From: Spirochaetia bacterium
GTDB taxonomy: Bacteria; Spirochaetota; Spirochaetia; UBA9216
DNA: 64,000 nt
Assembly (NCBI GenBank): GCA_963677925.2
Contig: CAXXYH010000003.1
Coordinates: 64,001 to 128,000, forward strand
Reading direction: 5' to 3'
Shown here: positions 11,323 to 20,911 of the stretch, piece by piece
Layout: each line of letters opens with the position of its first letter
Position numbering within the stretch: position 1 is the stretch's first letter
The notes under the pieces: generated by a model
Told to the model about the DNA's origin: nothing
The model's input: only the letters and a program-made list of their open reading frames with translations
Database searches by the model: none
Program-made: the position numbers and the translations under genes

Positions 11323-11325
11323 TTT

Positions 11326-11763
11326 TTACCTGCTTATTGCTTCATATATCCTTAATTTTATTACTTCATCATCTATATCATCGTTAATTACCGCTTCAAT
11401 AATATCATGCAGAAGCTCTTTATCAATCTTACCGGCAGCCAGATGAAAACTTATATTCTCCATCTCTTTAATAAAACGCGGAACAGCAAAAACATAACCG
11501 TTTATAAGAAGGAACTGAGCTCCCAGTGATATTGCAATACGCTTATTTCCATCCTGAAAGCAATGGAATTTATTCGAGCAGTAAAAGAGGTGGGTCAATT
11601 TCTCGACAAAGTCGGGATAATAATCATCGTTCTGGATATGAGCTAAGACACTTTCCAACTGCCCTAAATTCAAGACACCGTCAGAACCGCCGCCGCTGAC
11701 CTCTATAGTCTTATGATATACCTCGAGAGCATTTTCAATGGTGATATAAACGGTGCGGCTCAA
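11326..11763 (-). CDS. Doc/Fic family protein
   Basis: HCFQDGNKR Fic/Doc motif. Confidence 0.9.
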   Translation of the reverse strand: MSRTVYITIENALEVYHKTIEVSGGGSDGVLNLGQLESVLAHIQNDDYYPDFVEKLTHLFYCSNKFHCFQDGNKRIAISLGAQFLLINGYVFAVPRFIKEMENISFHLAAGKIDKELLHDIIEAVINDDIDDEVIKLRIYEAISR

Positions 11764-12785
11764 TCCCTCTCCTTCAGACGCTTGAACACATCCTTGGCCT
11801 CTTCCAGACGATCCGCCAATTCTTTGCTCTTTTCCCCAATAAACCGCTCAAATTCATCAGCCTGTACCGGAGAAATGTAATCCTTAAGCTGCAAGTGCAG
11901 AGCATCGCGAAAGGCCAAATCACGGCTTGCCATCTTGTTTCTTGCACGTTCGACAAGGGGTACCCAATGGGGCTGCCTTTCGAATTCGGAGAATAAGACA
12001 TCAGCTTCAAAGGATGTCAGCATTGCCCCTTTCTTCTTGAAGGCTTCTTCAAGTGTTTTAGCAAATCCGTATTCATATGCAGCAATAAGGTCGAGGATCT
12101 CGGAATAGAAGGTATCCCGGACCTTATCCTTCTCCTGAAGTTTCAGGATTTTCCTATATTCTTTCGAATTCTCCCTGAAAATGCTTACATATATCTTATC
12201 GGTATAAAGAGGGTACTTGTATTTCCCCATATCAAGATAGTTCTTAAGGGCATCGGTAAACTCTTTTCGATAGTTTTCTTCCTGAAAATAGGCGATTATA
12301 AAGTCTTCATCACGCTGATTCACATATTTTGTAGCACCGCCGGTACACTTGTTGATAGTATCGATGACGATATCCAGAATCACCTGACGGAGGATTTTAG
12401 CCTTTTCGCTTTCCGTAATCAGCATTCCCAGGTTCAAAAATGAACGAAAATCAAAAACACCAAGGCTTGGAGCCTTCTTGATGTTAACGAAATACATTTC
12501 GTCGACATCAGCTTCGGAAATGGCTAATTTCAACTCCTGCAAGGCTTTACCCCGTAAAACCTCGTAACCGTTATGTTTAAGCTCATCTTCGTTCTGAGAC
12601 AGATAATTATCGATAGTCCGGGGGCTTACCTCAAAAAAATCAGCAACCTGCTCTTTTGTTAGAACGGCCTTATCCATGTAGCTGATGGTGTGGATTCCGA
12701 CATTGCTTTTAATTTCTTCCAGAGCATATGGATTATTGAGGATATTCTGCCGTTCTACCCCGGATACGGTGAGATCTTTAGGCAT
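11760..12785 (-). CDS. Putative DNA-binding protein coupled to the Doc/Fic gene (start likely MPKDLT at 12785)
   Basis: HTH-like TKEQVADFFEVSPRTIDNY; overlaps the hsdS stop and the Fic start. Confidence 0.7.
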   Translation of the reverse strand: MPKDLTVSGVERQNILNNPYALEEIKSNVGIHTISYMDKAVLTKEQVADFFEVSPRTIDNYLSQNEDELKHNGYEVLRGKALQELKLAISEADVDEMYFVNIKKAPSLGVFDFRSFLNLGMLITESEKAKILRQVILDIVIDTINKCTGGATKYVNQRDEDFIIAYFQEENYRKEFTDALKNYLDMGKYKYPLYTDKIYVSIFRENSKEYRKILKLQEKDKVRDTFYSEILDLIAAYEYGFAKTLEEAFKKKGAMLTSFEADVLFSEFERQPHWVPLVERARNKMASRDLAFRDALHLQLKDYISPVQADEFERFIGEKSKELADRLEEAKDVFKRLKERD

Positions 12786-14061
12786 AAACAGCCTCCTGTA
12801 CATCTGCTTCGGTAATTCGCCGTTTACCGGTAACACATTCATGAATCAACGATTTCTTATACTCTTCCAGCTTCTCAATCTGGAGGGTTATTTTCTCGAG
12901 AACGGTATCTATTTCAGATGTTTTTTGGTCGAGGTAAGCTGCAATATTTAATTGTTCTTTATAGCCTGGAACAGGAATATATAATCTTTTTATTGTATCA
13001 ACTGAAATCCCAGGCTGTGCTGCGGCATTTGAATATTGATTAAGATTCATAATGATTAATAATGCCTCTAACCAACGAATTGCATATCGCCTTATTGGAT
13101 AGCAAACTATTGCATGCTCTGTTGCCCAAAACTTTCCGCTAATATAATTTATATTCCCACAAAGAGCGCCTTGTCGTCCAATTAATAGATACTCACCATC
13201 ATTATTGTATTCTGGAAAATATCCACGTAAACCATTGCCGCCCAATACAGGGAATGAGCCTTCATTTTGTATCTGCTCTGATGTAAGGTTCTCACCACTT
13301 TGAAGTTTAAAATTATCTTTAATTCTTTTAACCTTCCAGCCTTTCGGTATTTTTCCAATCCATTCAATTCCGGAATCTTTCATCTCTACTGAATCATCCA
13401 GCCCCTTGGTAACAGCTTTATAGATAATGGATTTCTTGAGTTCTTCAAGATTCTCAAGCTGTTTCCTTTTTACAGCAACGGCCTTATCTATGGTAGCAGT
13501 TGTTCTATCCAGATAGGCTGAGATAAGCTTTTGCTCCGGAAGAGGTGGAAGAGGCAGTATTCCATTTTTGATATGCCTTCTTGAAATAGCCCATCGAGTA
13601 ATTCCTGTTGCTTCCCGATGAAATTGAGATGCAATAGATAAATCTTTAAAACACCAAAAAATAAAAGCCCCATACAAGCGATTTTTATAATTTCGTAATA
13701 TTGCTAAATGATAACCACATAATAGATTTTCAATTTTATCCTTAACAATAGCAGGTACTGCAATATCGAAAGGGTCCTCAGAGTCTTTTGTAATAATTAC
13801 ATCGCTTTCTTCAAGCTGGAACTTAATAACTTCATTTTCATTTGCAGTTGCTTCCATGAAATTGATATCTTGTTTTATGAAATCGTTATAATAGACATCA
13901 ACATAATTACATAGTTTAACTGGTTGCTCATTATCCTCAGTCTTTTTATCCACATTACTAGGAATTACATAGCAACTCCCCTTAATCTTTGTAGAACGCC
14001 ATTCCCTCTGGATCATACCGATCCATTCGGTACCTGACTCAATCAAATCTGACACAATCAT
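12778..14061 (-). CDS. hsdS: Type I RM specificity subunit
   Basis: Two TRDs, PPLPEQ and KDSGIEWIG conserved spacers. Confidence 0.92.
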   Translation of the reverse strand: MIVSDLIESGTEWIGMIQREWRSTKIKGSCYVIPSNVDKKTEDNEQPVKLCNYVDVYYNDFIKQDINFMEATANENEVIKFQLEESDVIITKDSEDPFDIAVPAIVKDKIENLLCGYHLAILRNYKNRLYGAFIFWCFKDLSIASQFHREATGITRWAISRRHIKNGILPLPPLPEQKLISAYLDRTTATIDKAVAVKRKQLENLEELKKSIIYKAVTKGLDDSVEMKDSGIEWIGKIPKGWKVKRIKDNFKLQSGENLTSEQIQNEGSFPVLGGNGLRGYFPEYNNDGEYLLIGRQGALCGNINYISGKFWATEHAIVCYPIRRYAIRWLEALLIIMNLNQYSNAAAQPGISVDTIKRLYIPVPGYKEQLNIAAYLDQKTSEIDTVLEKITLQIEKLEEYKKSLIHECVTGKRRITEADVQEAVYA

Positions 14062-16079
14062 TTCAGCCCCTTCAGAATTACTTCCGCTTCTGATTCCAGC
14101 TGCCAGAACTCTTCCAGTATTTTATCCGCAGGCTTTGGAGGTTCGTATTTATAAAAATACTTGTTCGGCAGGATTTCATAACCAAGCTGCGGCCGGTCTT
14201 CCCATTTGATAATGGGCTTGGAAATCTCCCTTTCAAGAAAAGCCTCTATATCTTCACCATAGGGAATGTATTCATCATCCTGAATGTAATGCTTATGTGT
14301 ATATTTTGCAGAAAGATCCCAATCCTTTATTGCCTTAAAAATCTTCGCGGCTGTTTTATGTACTTCAAGCTCGGGGAAATCAGTCCTGGCTAAATCTGAT
14401 AGCTGGGCTTCAAAAGATTTTGATTCTTTGGTTTGAAGTACAGAATATTCTTTTTCAATACCATCAGGGGTAATAAGCTTTACAGTAAAATCAAGATCAC
14501 CATAGAGATCAAATTTCTTTTTCACATTCGTATTGGAAAGCTGGACATCGAAATTTTCGGTAACCATCATCGGCTCATCATTTTCATCAGTCTGCCAGAA
14601 AGTAACGGCAACCTTATGATATGCAAAATCACTGTTCTGAAATATCTTTACATTTTCATTATCATAACCGGACTTCCTTCCAAGATTATACTGTTCTTTA
14701 ATCCAGGCTCTATGTTCATTCGTCATTCGATTACGCTTGTTGCCGAAGGATTTAGGTTCTTTTTCAAACTGCTGTCTGGCATCAATAATCATCACCTTGC
14801 CTTTATGTTCTACAGGCCTATTGTTTGAAAGCAGCCAGATATAGGTATAGATGCCGGTATTATAGAACATCTGATCCGGCAGCATAACAATTGCATCAAG
14901 CCAGTTATTTTCAATGATCCATCGGCGGATTTCACTCTCTCCGGATCCGCAGTCACCGTTACTCAATGGTGAACCATTAAAGATTATTGCAATTTTGCTG
15001 CCGCCGTCATCTACAGGCTTCATCTTAGTCAGCATTGTCTGTAAAAATAGTAATGCACCGTCATTGGTTCTGGGCATTCCGGCTTTGTAGCGGGTGCTTC
15101 CCAGCTTGCGGGCTTCTTTTTCATAACCGTCTTCACCGCCCCAGGTTACGCCGAAAGGAGGATTTGAAAGCATGTAATCAAATTGATCGTGTTCTCCGGA
15201 AAGCTGGTCCCCGGGATCATCGCTTTCCGGATCATGAGGAATAAGTGAATTTCCGTAATAAATAAAGGCGTTGGAATCGTTCTTAATGAGCATATCAGCC
15301 TTACAGATAGCATAGTTCTGGGGCTGAATTTCATGGCCATGGAGGGTAATCAGGGTTTCGGTTCTGGACTTTTCATCTGAATCATGTATTCTGTCCACAA
15401 CATGGGCTTTTGCAACGGAAAGCATTCCGCCGGTTCCGCAAGCAGGATCGTAGATGGAAACATGCTTATCTTTAACGGAGATATCAAGAAGTTCTACCAT
15501 TAGACGAATGACTTCTCTTGGCGTAAAATGTTCTCCGGCTTCTTCCCCGCTCTGCTCTGAGAATCGTCTTAACAATTCTTCATAGATATATCCCATCTCA
15601 AGGTTACTGATTTTCTCAGGGCTCAGATCTTCATTTCGATACTGGTTAATGATTGGAGCAAGGCGGCCGTTCTTTTTCATCTGGCCGATGATAGCTCTGT
15701 AATTGAAATGATCTATGATCTCCTGGATATTCTCGGAAAAACCGTTGATATAATCCCGGAAGTTCTTTTCCATTATGGTATGATCTTCCTGATAGATTGA
15801 ATCCAGGGTCCAGTTTGTTGAATTTGAGAAATTGTAGGTGGATAATTCCATCTTTTTGACCATCTCATCAAGGTTCCTGGAAGCAAGATCAGGACGTTTT
15901 GAGTGTATTTCTGCTTTTGTTGCTTCTCTCATTTCAATAAGAACACATTCAATGCGCCTGATTACTATAATAGGGAGAATAACGTTTTGATATTCGTATG
16001 CTTTGAACTTTCCCCGAAGGCGTTCAGCTGATTTCCATATTTCATTCGCTAAATTATTAAGTATTTCCTGTGTTGCCAC
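14058..16079 (-). CDS. hsdM: Type I RM N6-adenine methyltransferase
   Basis: GEHFTPREV, YDPACGTGGML, NPPFG. Confidence 0.95.
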   Translation of the reverse strand: MATQEILNNLANEIWKSAERLRGKFKAYEYQNVILPIIVIRRIECVLIEMREATKAEIHSKRPDLASRNLDEMVKKMELSTYNFSNSTNWTLDSIYQEDHTIMEKNFRDYINGFSENIQEIIDHFNYRAIIGQMKKNGRLAPIINQYRNEDLSPEKISNLEMGYIYEELLRRFSEQSGEEAGEHFTPREVIRLMVELLDISVKDKHVSIYDPACGTGGMLSVAKAHVVDRIHDSDEKSRTETLITLHGHEIQPQNYAICKADMLIKNDSNAFIYYGNSLIPHDPESDDPGDQLSGEHDQFDYMLSNPPFGVTWGGEDGYEKEARKLGSTRYKAGMPRTNDGALLFLQTMLTKMKPVDDGGSKIAIIFNGSPLSNGDCGSGESEIRRWIIENNWLDAIVMLPDQMFYNTGIYTYIWLLSNNRPVEHKGKVMIIDARQQFEKEPKSFGNKRNRMTNEHRAWIKEQYNLGRKSGYDNENVKIFQNSDFAYHKVAVTFWQTDENDEPMMVTENFDVQLSNTNVKKKFDLYGDLDFTVKLITPDGIEKEYSVLQTKESKSFEAQLSDLARTDFPELEVHKTAAKIFKAIKDWDLSAKYTHKHYIQDDEYIPYGEDIEAFLEREISKPIIKWEDRPQLGYEILPNKYFYKYEPPKPADKILEEFWQLESEAEVILKGLK

Positions 16080-16469
16080 GATATTCCTCTTTTGTATTGC
16101 CCAGCAGAGGGGCCTATGATAATAGTTTCTCTTTATCTGATTATTATTTATATCATATTTTGATATATTTTAGGGTTAAATTATATTGGATATAGATTGA
16201 ACTTGTGAACCTTAATGAACTTTTTTTGAAAAGAAAAATATAAAATATAGAAGTGTATAGTATAAGTAAAAGAAGTGAACTCATTCTTGGCAAAGGCCTC
16301 CCCCCTACTGTGGGCATAAATCATTGTAATTACTTTATATGTAGCAGATTGCATAAGATAGTGTTACTCCATTTTTTCACAAAAATATATAAATTTTTGT
16401 GAAATTTCTCGGGTATCAATTGTTACAAGCACCAAAATTTTCACCGACGTTTTCCCGGCAATTGCGGTA

Positions 16470-17285
16470 TCATCTTATAAACCGCTCCACAGACATTGTC
16501 TCAGTATCTATCACTACAAATACCAGTGCTCCGGTTTGACCTGGTTGTATCACAATCGTGTTGCCTACTTCGTGCTTCCATTTCCCGCTGACATCGGGTG
16601 ATTCATGAATATGGCCATGTAATGAAAATAAAGGTTGTCTTTGCTTTATGAAATTATATATGGAATCGGAGCCAACACGTCTTCCATCCATACAGACATC
16701 CAGACCAAGCTTTGAAGGCGGCATGTGAATAATATAAACAACCTTTTCATTACCGGATTTCGGCAAATTCTCGAGTTCATCATGTATAGTAGGTAGTTTT
16801 TTTACATATCCGGACCAATCGACAATTTCAGTCCATCCGTCCTCAGTCGAAAGCAGCGCAGTTCCGTTTTGTATTTGAGGAAGGTAATTGTCATTATCCA
16901 TCCGGCATCTATCTTTTAATCTGAACGGGTAATCGACAACCCAGTTCATTCCAATAAAATCAAAATCATTAATCGTTATTATTTTTTGAGCGATATCATG
17001 GATATAATCAAATCGACTGCATTCTTCCTGAAAAAGTTCGTCAAAAATCTTTAGATCATCATTTCCCGGGTAACTTAGATAATGGATTCCAAGCTGCTCG
17101 AATCTTTCAAAATGCTTATGCAGTTTATCCTTTATAAAAGCATCCTGTTTGTGCAGATCAATATTCTTAGGAAACATATCTCCACCATTAATCACAACGT
17201 CAGGATGTAATTCATCAGCAACATTCACTAATGCATCATATTTTCGATTATCACCGTGAAGATCTGTAATGTATATTATTTTCAT
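16470..17285 (-). CDS. Metallophosphoesterase (Icc/calcineurin-like)
   Basis: TDLHG, GGD, PGNDD, HGHIHE motifs. Confidence 0.9.
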   Translation of the reverse strand: MKIIYITDLHGDNRKYDALVNVADELHPDVVINGGDMFPKNIDLHKQDAFIKDKLHKHFERFEQLGIHYLSYPGNDDLKIFDELFQEECSRFDYIHDIAQKIITINDFDFIGMNWVVDYPFRLKDRCRMDNDNYLPQIQNGTALLSTEDGWTEIVDWSGYVKKLPTIHDELENLPKSGNEKVVYIIHMPPSKLGLDVCMDGRRVGSDSIYNFIKQRQPLFSLHGHIHESPDVSGKWKHEVGNTIVIQPGQTGALVFVVIDTETMSVERFIR

Positions 17286-17294
17286 CGTTTCCTT

Positions 17295-17864
17295 TTAATC
17301 GCCAAATATTCCGCCGTTAGCGCCTCTATCCTGAAACTTATGTTTTTCTACTAAAGCGCCAAGAGGGTCCTCGACTTCCAATATTTCACTTTTTGAAAGA
17401 AGATTGAATGTATTTAATAAAAAAGCTTCTTTATCTTCTGCCTTTTCATATTCACTGAGAATTGAAATCTCCTGATACAAACTGCTGAAGCGTCTATGCC
17501 ATAGATCCCGTTCCGTTTGGGCCTTGTCCAGCCATTCAATGAGATCGAGCCTATCAATTGAGTTCAACCTTTCTTCTGCTTCATCTTCTGAATTGAAAAT
17601 ACCGATATATATTGAATGCCAGACAGCGATATAAACAAGACCGTTATTTACATCTTTTGGCCAACGACATTTATCACAATACAGTGTCTCAGTAATAATT
17701 CCCGTTCTTATCCTGCATCCTCTTGTTATATCTCCCGGCTCATATGTATCCATAAAGTTTTCAAAAACTTTGGTCTGAACAGAATTGATTTCATTACCGC
17801 AATCAGGACATTTTATCGAATCCCCCAGTATTAATGTGTCGAATAATCCCATATTATGCCCCAA
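17295..17864 (-). CDS. Hypothetical zinc-ribbon protein
   Basis: MGLFD...CPDC...QTK...CDKC. Confidence 0.7.
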   Translation of the reverse strand: MGHNMGLFDTLILGDSIKCPDCGNEINSVQTKVFENFMDTYEPGDITRGCRIRTGIITETLYCDKCRWPKDVNNGLVYIAVWHSIYIGIFNSEDEAEERLNSIDRLDLIEWLDKAQTERDLWHRRFSSLYQEISILSEYEKAEDKEAFLLNTFNLLSKSEILEVEDPLGALVEKHKFQDRGANGGIFGD

Positions 17865-18830
17865 AAAAGTATAGTTTTACGCAGTTTTATACGTTACTAA
17901 CGTATATCTCATTATAACCTGAATCTAATAAAAATAATTCCGGTGTTTTGCATTTTAATACCGGGGTGACAATTAGCAAGTTTATTTTAAATATCTCATG
18001 ACTCATCTATAAAGCCATCTACTAAAACATATTGTAATACAAGAATCAGTAAATATCAAACATTCATAAAGTTGGCCGTCACATCAACCTTAACAATTAC
18101 AGATATTGGTATAGTATTGGTGGCATGGATGATGTAAAGAGGGCCGCGGTGTGAAACACGGCGGTGCGCGGGCCTTTTTACGGCTGGAAGCCAGACGCTC
18201 CCCCCCAGCGGGGGGGACGGGAGGGGGGGGAGAATACAATAACTTACCTTTCGGCGCCGGTCCGGGAGGAAGCCGTAAAAAGCCGACCCGAAGATAGCAG
18301 CTATTCAATAGCCTTATTTACCGCTCATGAGGGTTACTATAAAAATGAGGTTCCAATGCCTATTACGTTATGATTCTATTGAATGGCTGTTTGATGAGGG
18401 CCGGAAAAGTTCCAGGTAACAACCCAGGCACACAACCGCGCAGGGACGCGCGGGACCTGCAGGTACAGCCCTGGACTAAATGGCATGCCCGGAAAAGGGA
18501 GCGCGGAAGCGCGGTTTCCGGGTGTTGAAACAAAGAGTGTCAGAGCAAAAACGGGAGCGTGAAAATGCAAAGCATTTTACGCGGGTTTTTGCAGCGGCTA
18601 CGGATTAAAAGCCCGCCGGTCTGCGTGAGCAGTCCGGGAGTATTGTCTTTTTTTCTTGTAATAAGGAATTTATCACGGGCGGAGCCGGTGATAAATATTG
18701 GTATTACTAAACAACTATCTGAACAATATTCGGCTAACACCATAGCTTTTAAAATAATATTATTTACTATACGCTCATACTGTATCATAATATGCATATA
18801 ATTTAATTCGTTATTAAGAGGTGAATGTAG

Positions 18831-19313
18831 ATGGCAAAAATACAGTGTCCTTATTGTCGAAAACCCATCGATGAAAATATAGAATATTGTTCTTTTTGTG
18901 GTAAATCTTTAGATGTAGATACAATCAAACTCAGTAAAGAGAAGCAGAAGAAAAGAAATAAACGGATTTGGATATTTGTTGCTATTTCTATTGCTTTTTT
19001 TACGATTGTCATGTTCATTCCATCGGATGGGTCGTCATCAAGTAGTAGTACAGCACAAACTAAAGAAGTTGTCACAAATAGTTCTTTAGATTCCTCTGTA
19101 TCTCAAGTAAAAGTGTGGATGAGAAGTAATTTAAAAGATCCAGATTCATTGGAATATTTAGAATGGTCAGCTGTACAAAAGACAAACACCGGAGATTATA
19201 GAGTTCGTGTTAAATATAGAGCAAAGAATTCTTTCAATGCAGTGGTTATTGAAAACAAGTTATTCACGTTGGATTCTAATGGTGTTGTTATAGATGTGGT
19301 GGATTATCATTAA
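18831..19313 (+). CDS. Zinc-ribbon, single-TM membrane protein
   Basis: CPYC/CSFC, hydrophobic segment, LKDPDS...AKNSF C-terminal domain; GAGG SD. Confidence 0.8.
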   Translation: MAKIQCPYCRKPIDENIEYCSFCGKSLDVDTIKLSKEKQKKRNKRIWIFVAISIAFFTIVMFIPSDGSSSSSSTAQTKEVVTNSSLDSSVSQVKVWMRSNLKDPDSLEYLEWSAVQKTNTGDYRVRVKYRAKNSFNAVVIENKLFTLDSNGVVIDVVDYH

Positions 19314-19470
19314 ATATAAATTATTCTTTGTCAGCAAATATGATAGCATTTAGCTTACGGAATTGGTAGAAATAGGCAAGAATTAAGAACATTACAAGGC
19401 AATCATATTTGACTAATTCCTTATATAGTAGTAATATAGAGAAATAGATAGTAATCTACGGAATTGAGCG

Positions 19471-19609
19471 GTTTAACGACGATTTGAGTAGCGAAACCGG
19501 CCGAGTCTTCGAGGCTTGGCGCAGTTCTGGAACGTAGCGCAATCAGCGCGGAGTGTCTTTAGCCAGAACTGTGACAAAGGTTTTGACTACTCCAAATCTC
19601 TTGTTATAT
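19471..19609 (-). repeat. attC family A (distal end of array)
   Basis: gtttaac gacgatttgagtagc...gactactccaaatctctt gttatat. Confidence 0.9.
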
Positions 19610-19610
19610 G

Positions 19611-20693
19611 TCATTCTAAATTTCTTACAATATCTTCAACATCCTTTCTCTTAGATGCTACAATACAATTGTATTTATTATCATATGATAATTTCCCATT
19701 AATAATCATAGAATTTAATGGTTTTTCTGTAAAAAAGTAATCACAATAAGGCAAAGCAAATGAGGCATGTATAAAATCCATTGTATCATTCTTATGATGC
19801 GGTTTATTTTTATCCCATCTTACAGCTGCAAATAAACCGGAAGGAATATCAATAGATGGAAATTCATCTTTAATTTTTCCTAATCTAATCAAATTATAAA
19901 TAGCATAAATAACATTACTTTCATTCCCAAAACTCTCTAAATATTCTTTTTCATCATTTGTAAAATAATAAAATAAATCTTTCATTGCTTCTTCTATTAT
20001 ATTCCTATGGGATTCAAGCCCTCCAGCGAGTTCTGCCAAATATAATTTTTTAAATGTATTATGCTCTGATATATGCTCAATTTTCTTTTTATTCAAATAT
20101 TCAGTATTATCAAAATGTTTAAAAACATCATTTCCCATATATTCATCAATTTCTAAGAATTTCATGCCCCACAAACGATCAATAAATTGTCTATTAATAT
20201 ATTTAGTATCTTCAATTTTCTCAAATTTATAAGGTGGAATTAAAGTACCAAAAATAAAAGGTAATTTTGTCCAAACAAGTTCTTCATTTTTATATAAATT
20301 AATTGGTAATGATTTCCCGAAATACGTCATCACCTCTAAGGTTATCCTTTCATAAAGACTAATTGAAGTTATTCCTTCAGAAAGTAAATCAATTAGTTTG
20401 ATTGTTTCAATCCTTGTATTTTTGTCTGATTGCTTTATAACTTCTAAATATGTTACATCACTGATTGGGAAAATATATTTCCCAGAATCATGAAGTTGTA
20501 AGATTTTTTTAAGAAATACATTATCAGATGATATTTTTTTCAAATCTCTTAAAATAATCCAATAATTAACATCGAGATATATCTTTACTTTATCTTTTAC
20601 TTTTTCTTCATATAGAGCAATTTTCTTCTTTTTTACATAAGCATTGTAATCATCATTAATTTGAAATTCTTCACTTTTCATAATGCTAATCAC
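19611..20693 (-). CDS. Cassette: PIN-like domain protein
   Basis: IYLDVNYWI, TYLEV, DTMDFIHA...DYFFTE acidic pattern. Confidence 0.6.
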   Translation of the reverse strand: MISIMKSEEFQINDDYNAYVKKKKIALYEEKVKDKVKIYLDVNYWIILRDLKKISSDNVFLKKILQLHDSGKYIFPISDVTYLEVIKQSDKNTRIETIKLIDLLSEGITSISLYERITLEVMTYFGKSLPINLYKNEELVWTKLPFIFGTLIPPYKFEKIEDTKYINRQFIDRLWGMKFLEIDEYMGNDVFKHFDNTEYLNKKKIEHISEHNTFKKLYLAELAGGLESHRNIIEEAMKDLFYYFTNDEKEYLESFGNESNVIYAIYNLIRLGKIKDEFPSIDIPSGLFAAVRWDKNKPHHKNDTMDFIHASFALPYCDYFFTEKPLNSMIINGKLSYDNKYNCIVASKRKDVEDIVRNLE

Positions 20694-20736
20694 CTTATAA
20701 TCAATTAAGATTATTTAATCTTTATTATTTATGTAC

Positions 20737-20854
20737 ATATAACGCCCGCATCAGCTGCAATTTTGCCCCGAAGGGTTGGCGTAGTTTTTGAAATGAGCGA
20801 AGTGACTTCAAAAACTATGACAAAAAAATTGTCAGTTGCATGCGATTGTTATGC
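20737..20854 (-). repeat. attC (divergent family A)
   Basis: atataac...cgcatcagctgcaatttt/aaaattgtcagttgcatgcg...gttatgc. Confidence 0.88.
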
Positions 20855-20911
20855 ATCTCCTTTTTCTAAATTGAATTACTAATCTGTAATATTTATCTTC
20901 ATTTACTTCCA

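Noticed and set aside
4373-15340. Short antisense or alternate-frame ORFs within the STAND and RM genes
   Set aside because: Shadow ORFs of long, motif-supported genes
18090-18801. Small ORFs in the GC-rich region
   Set aside because: Overlapping, low-complexity translations with no recognisable motifs
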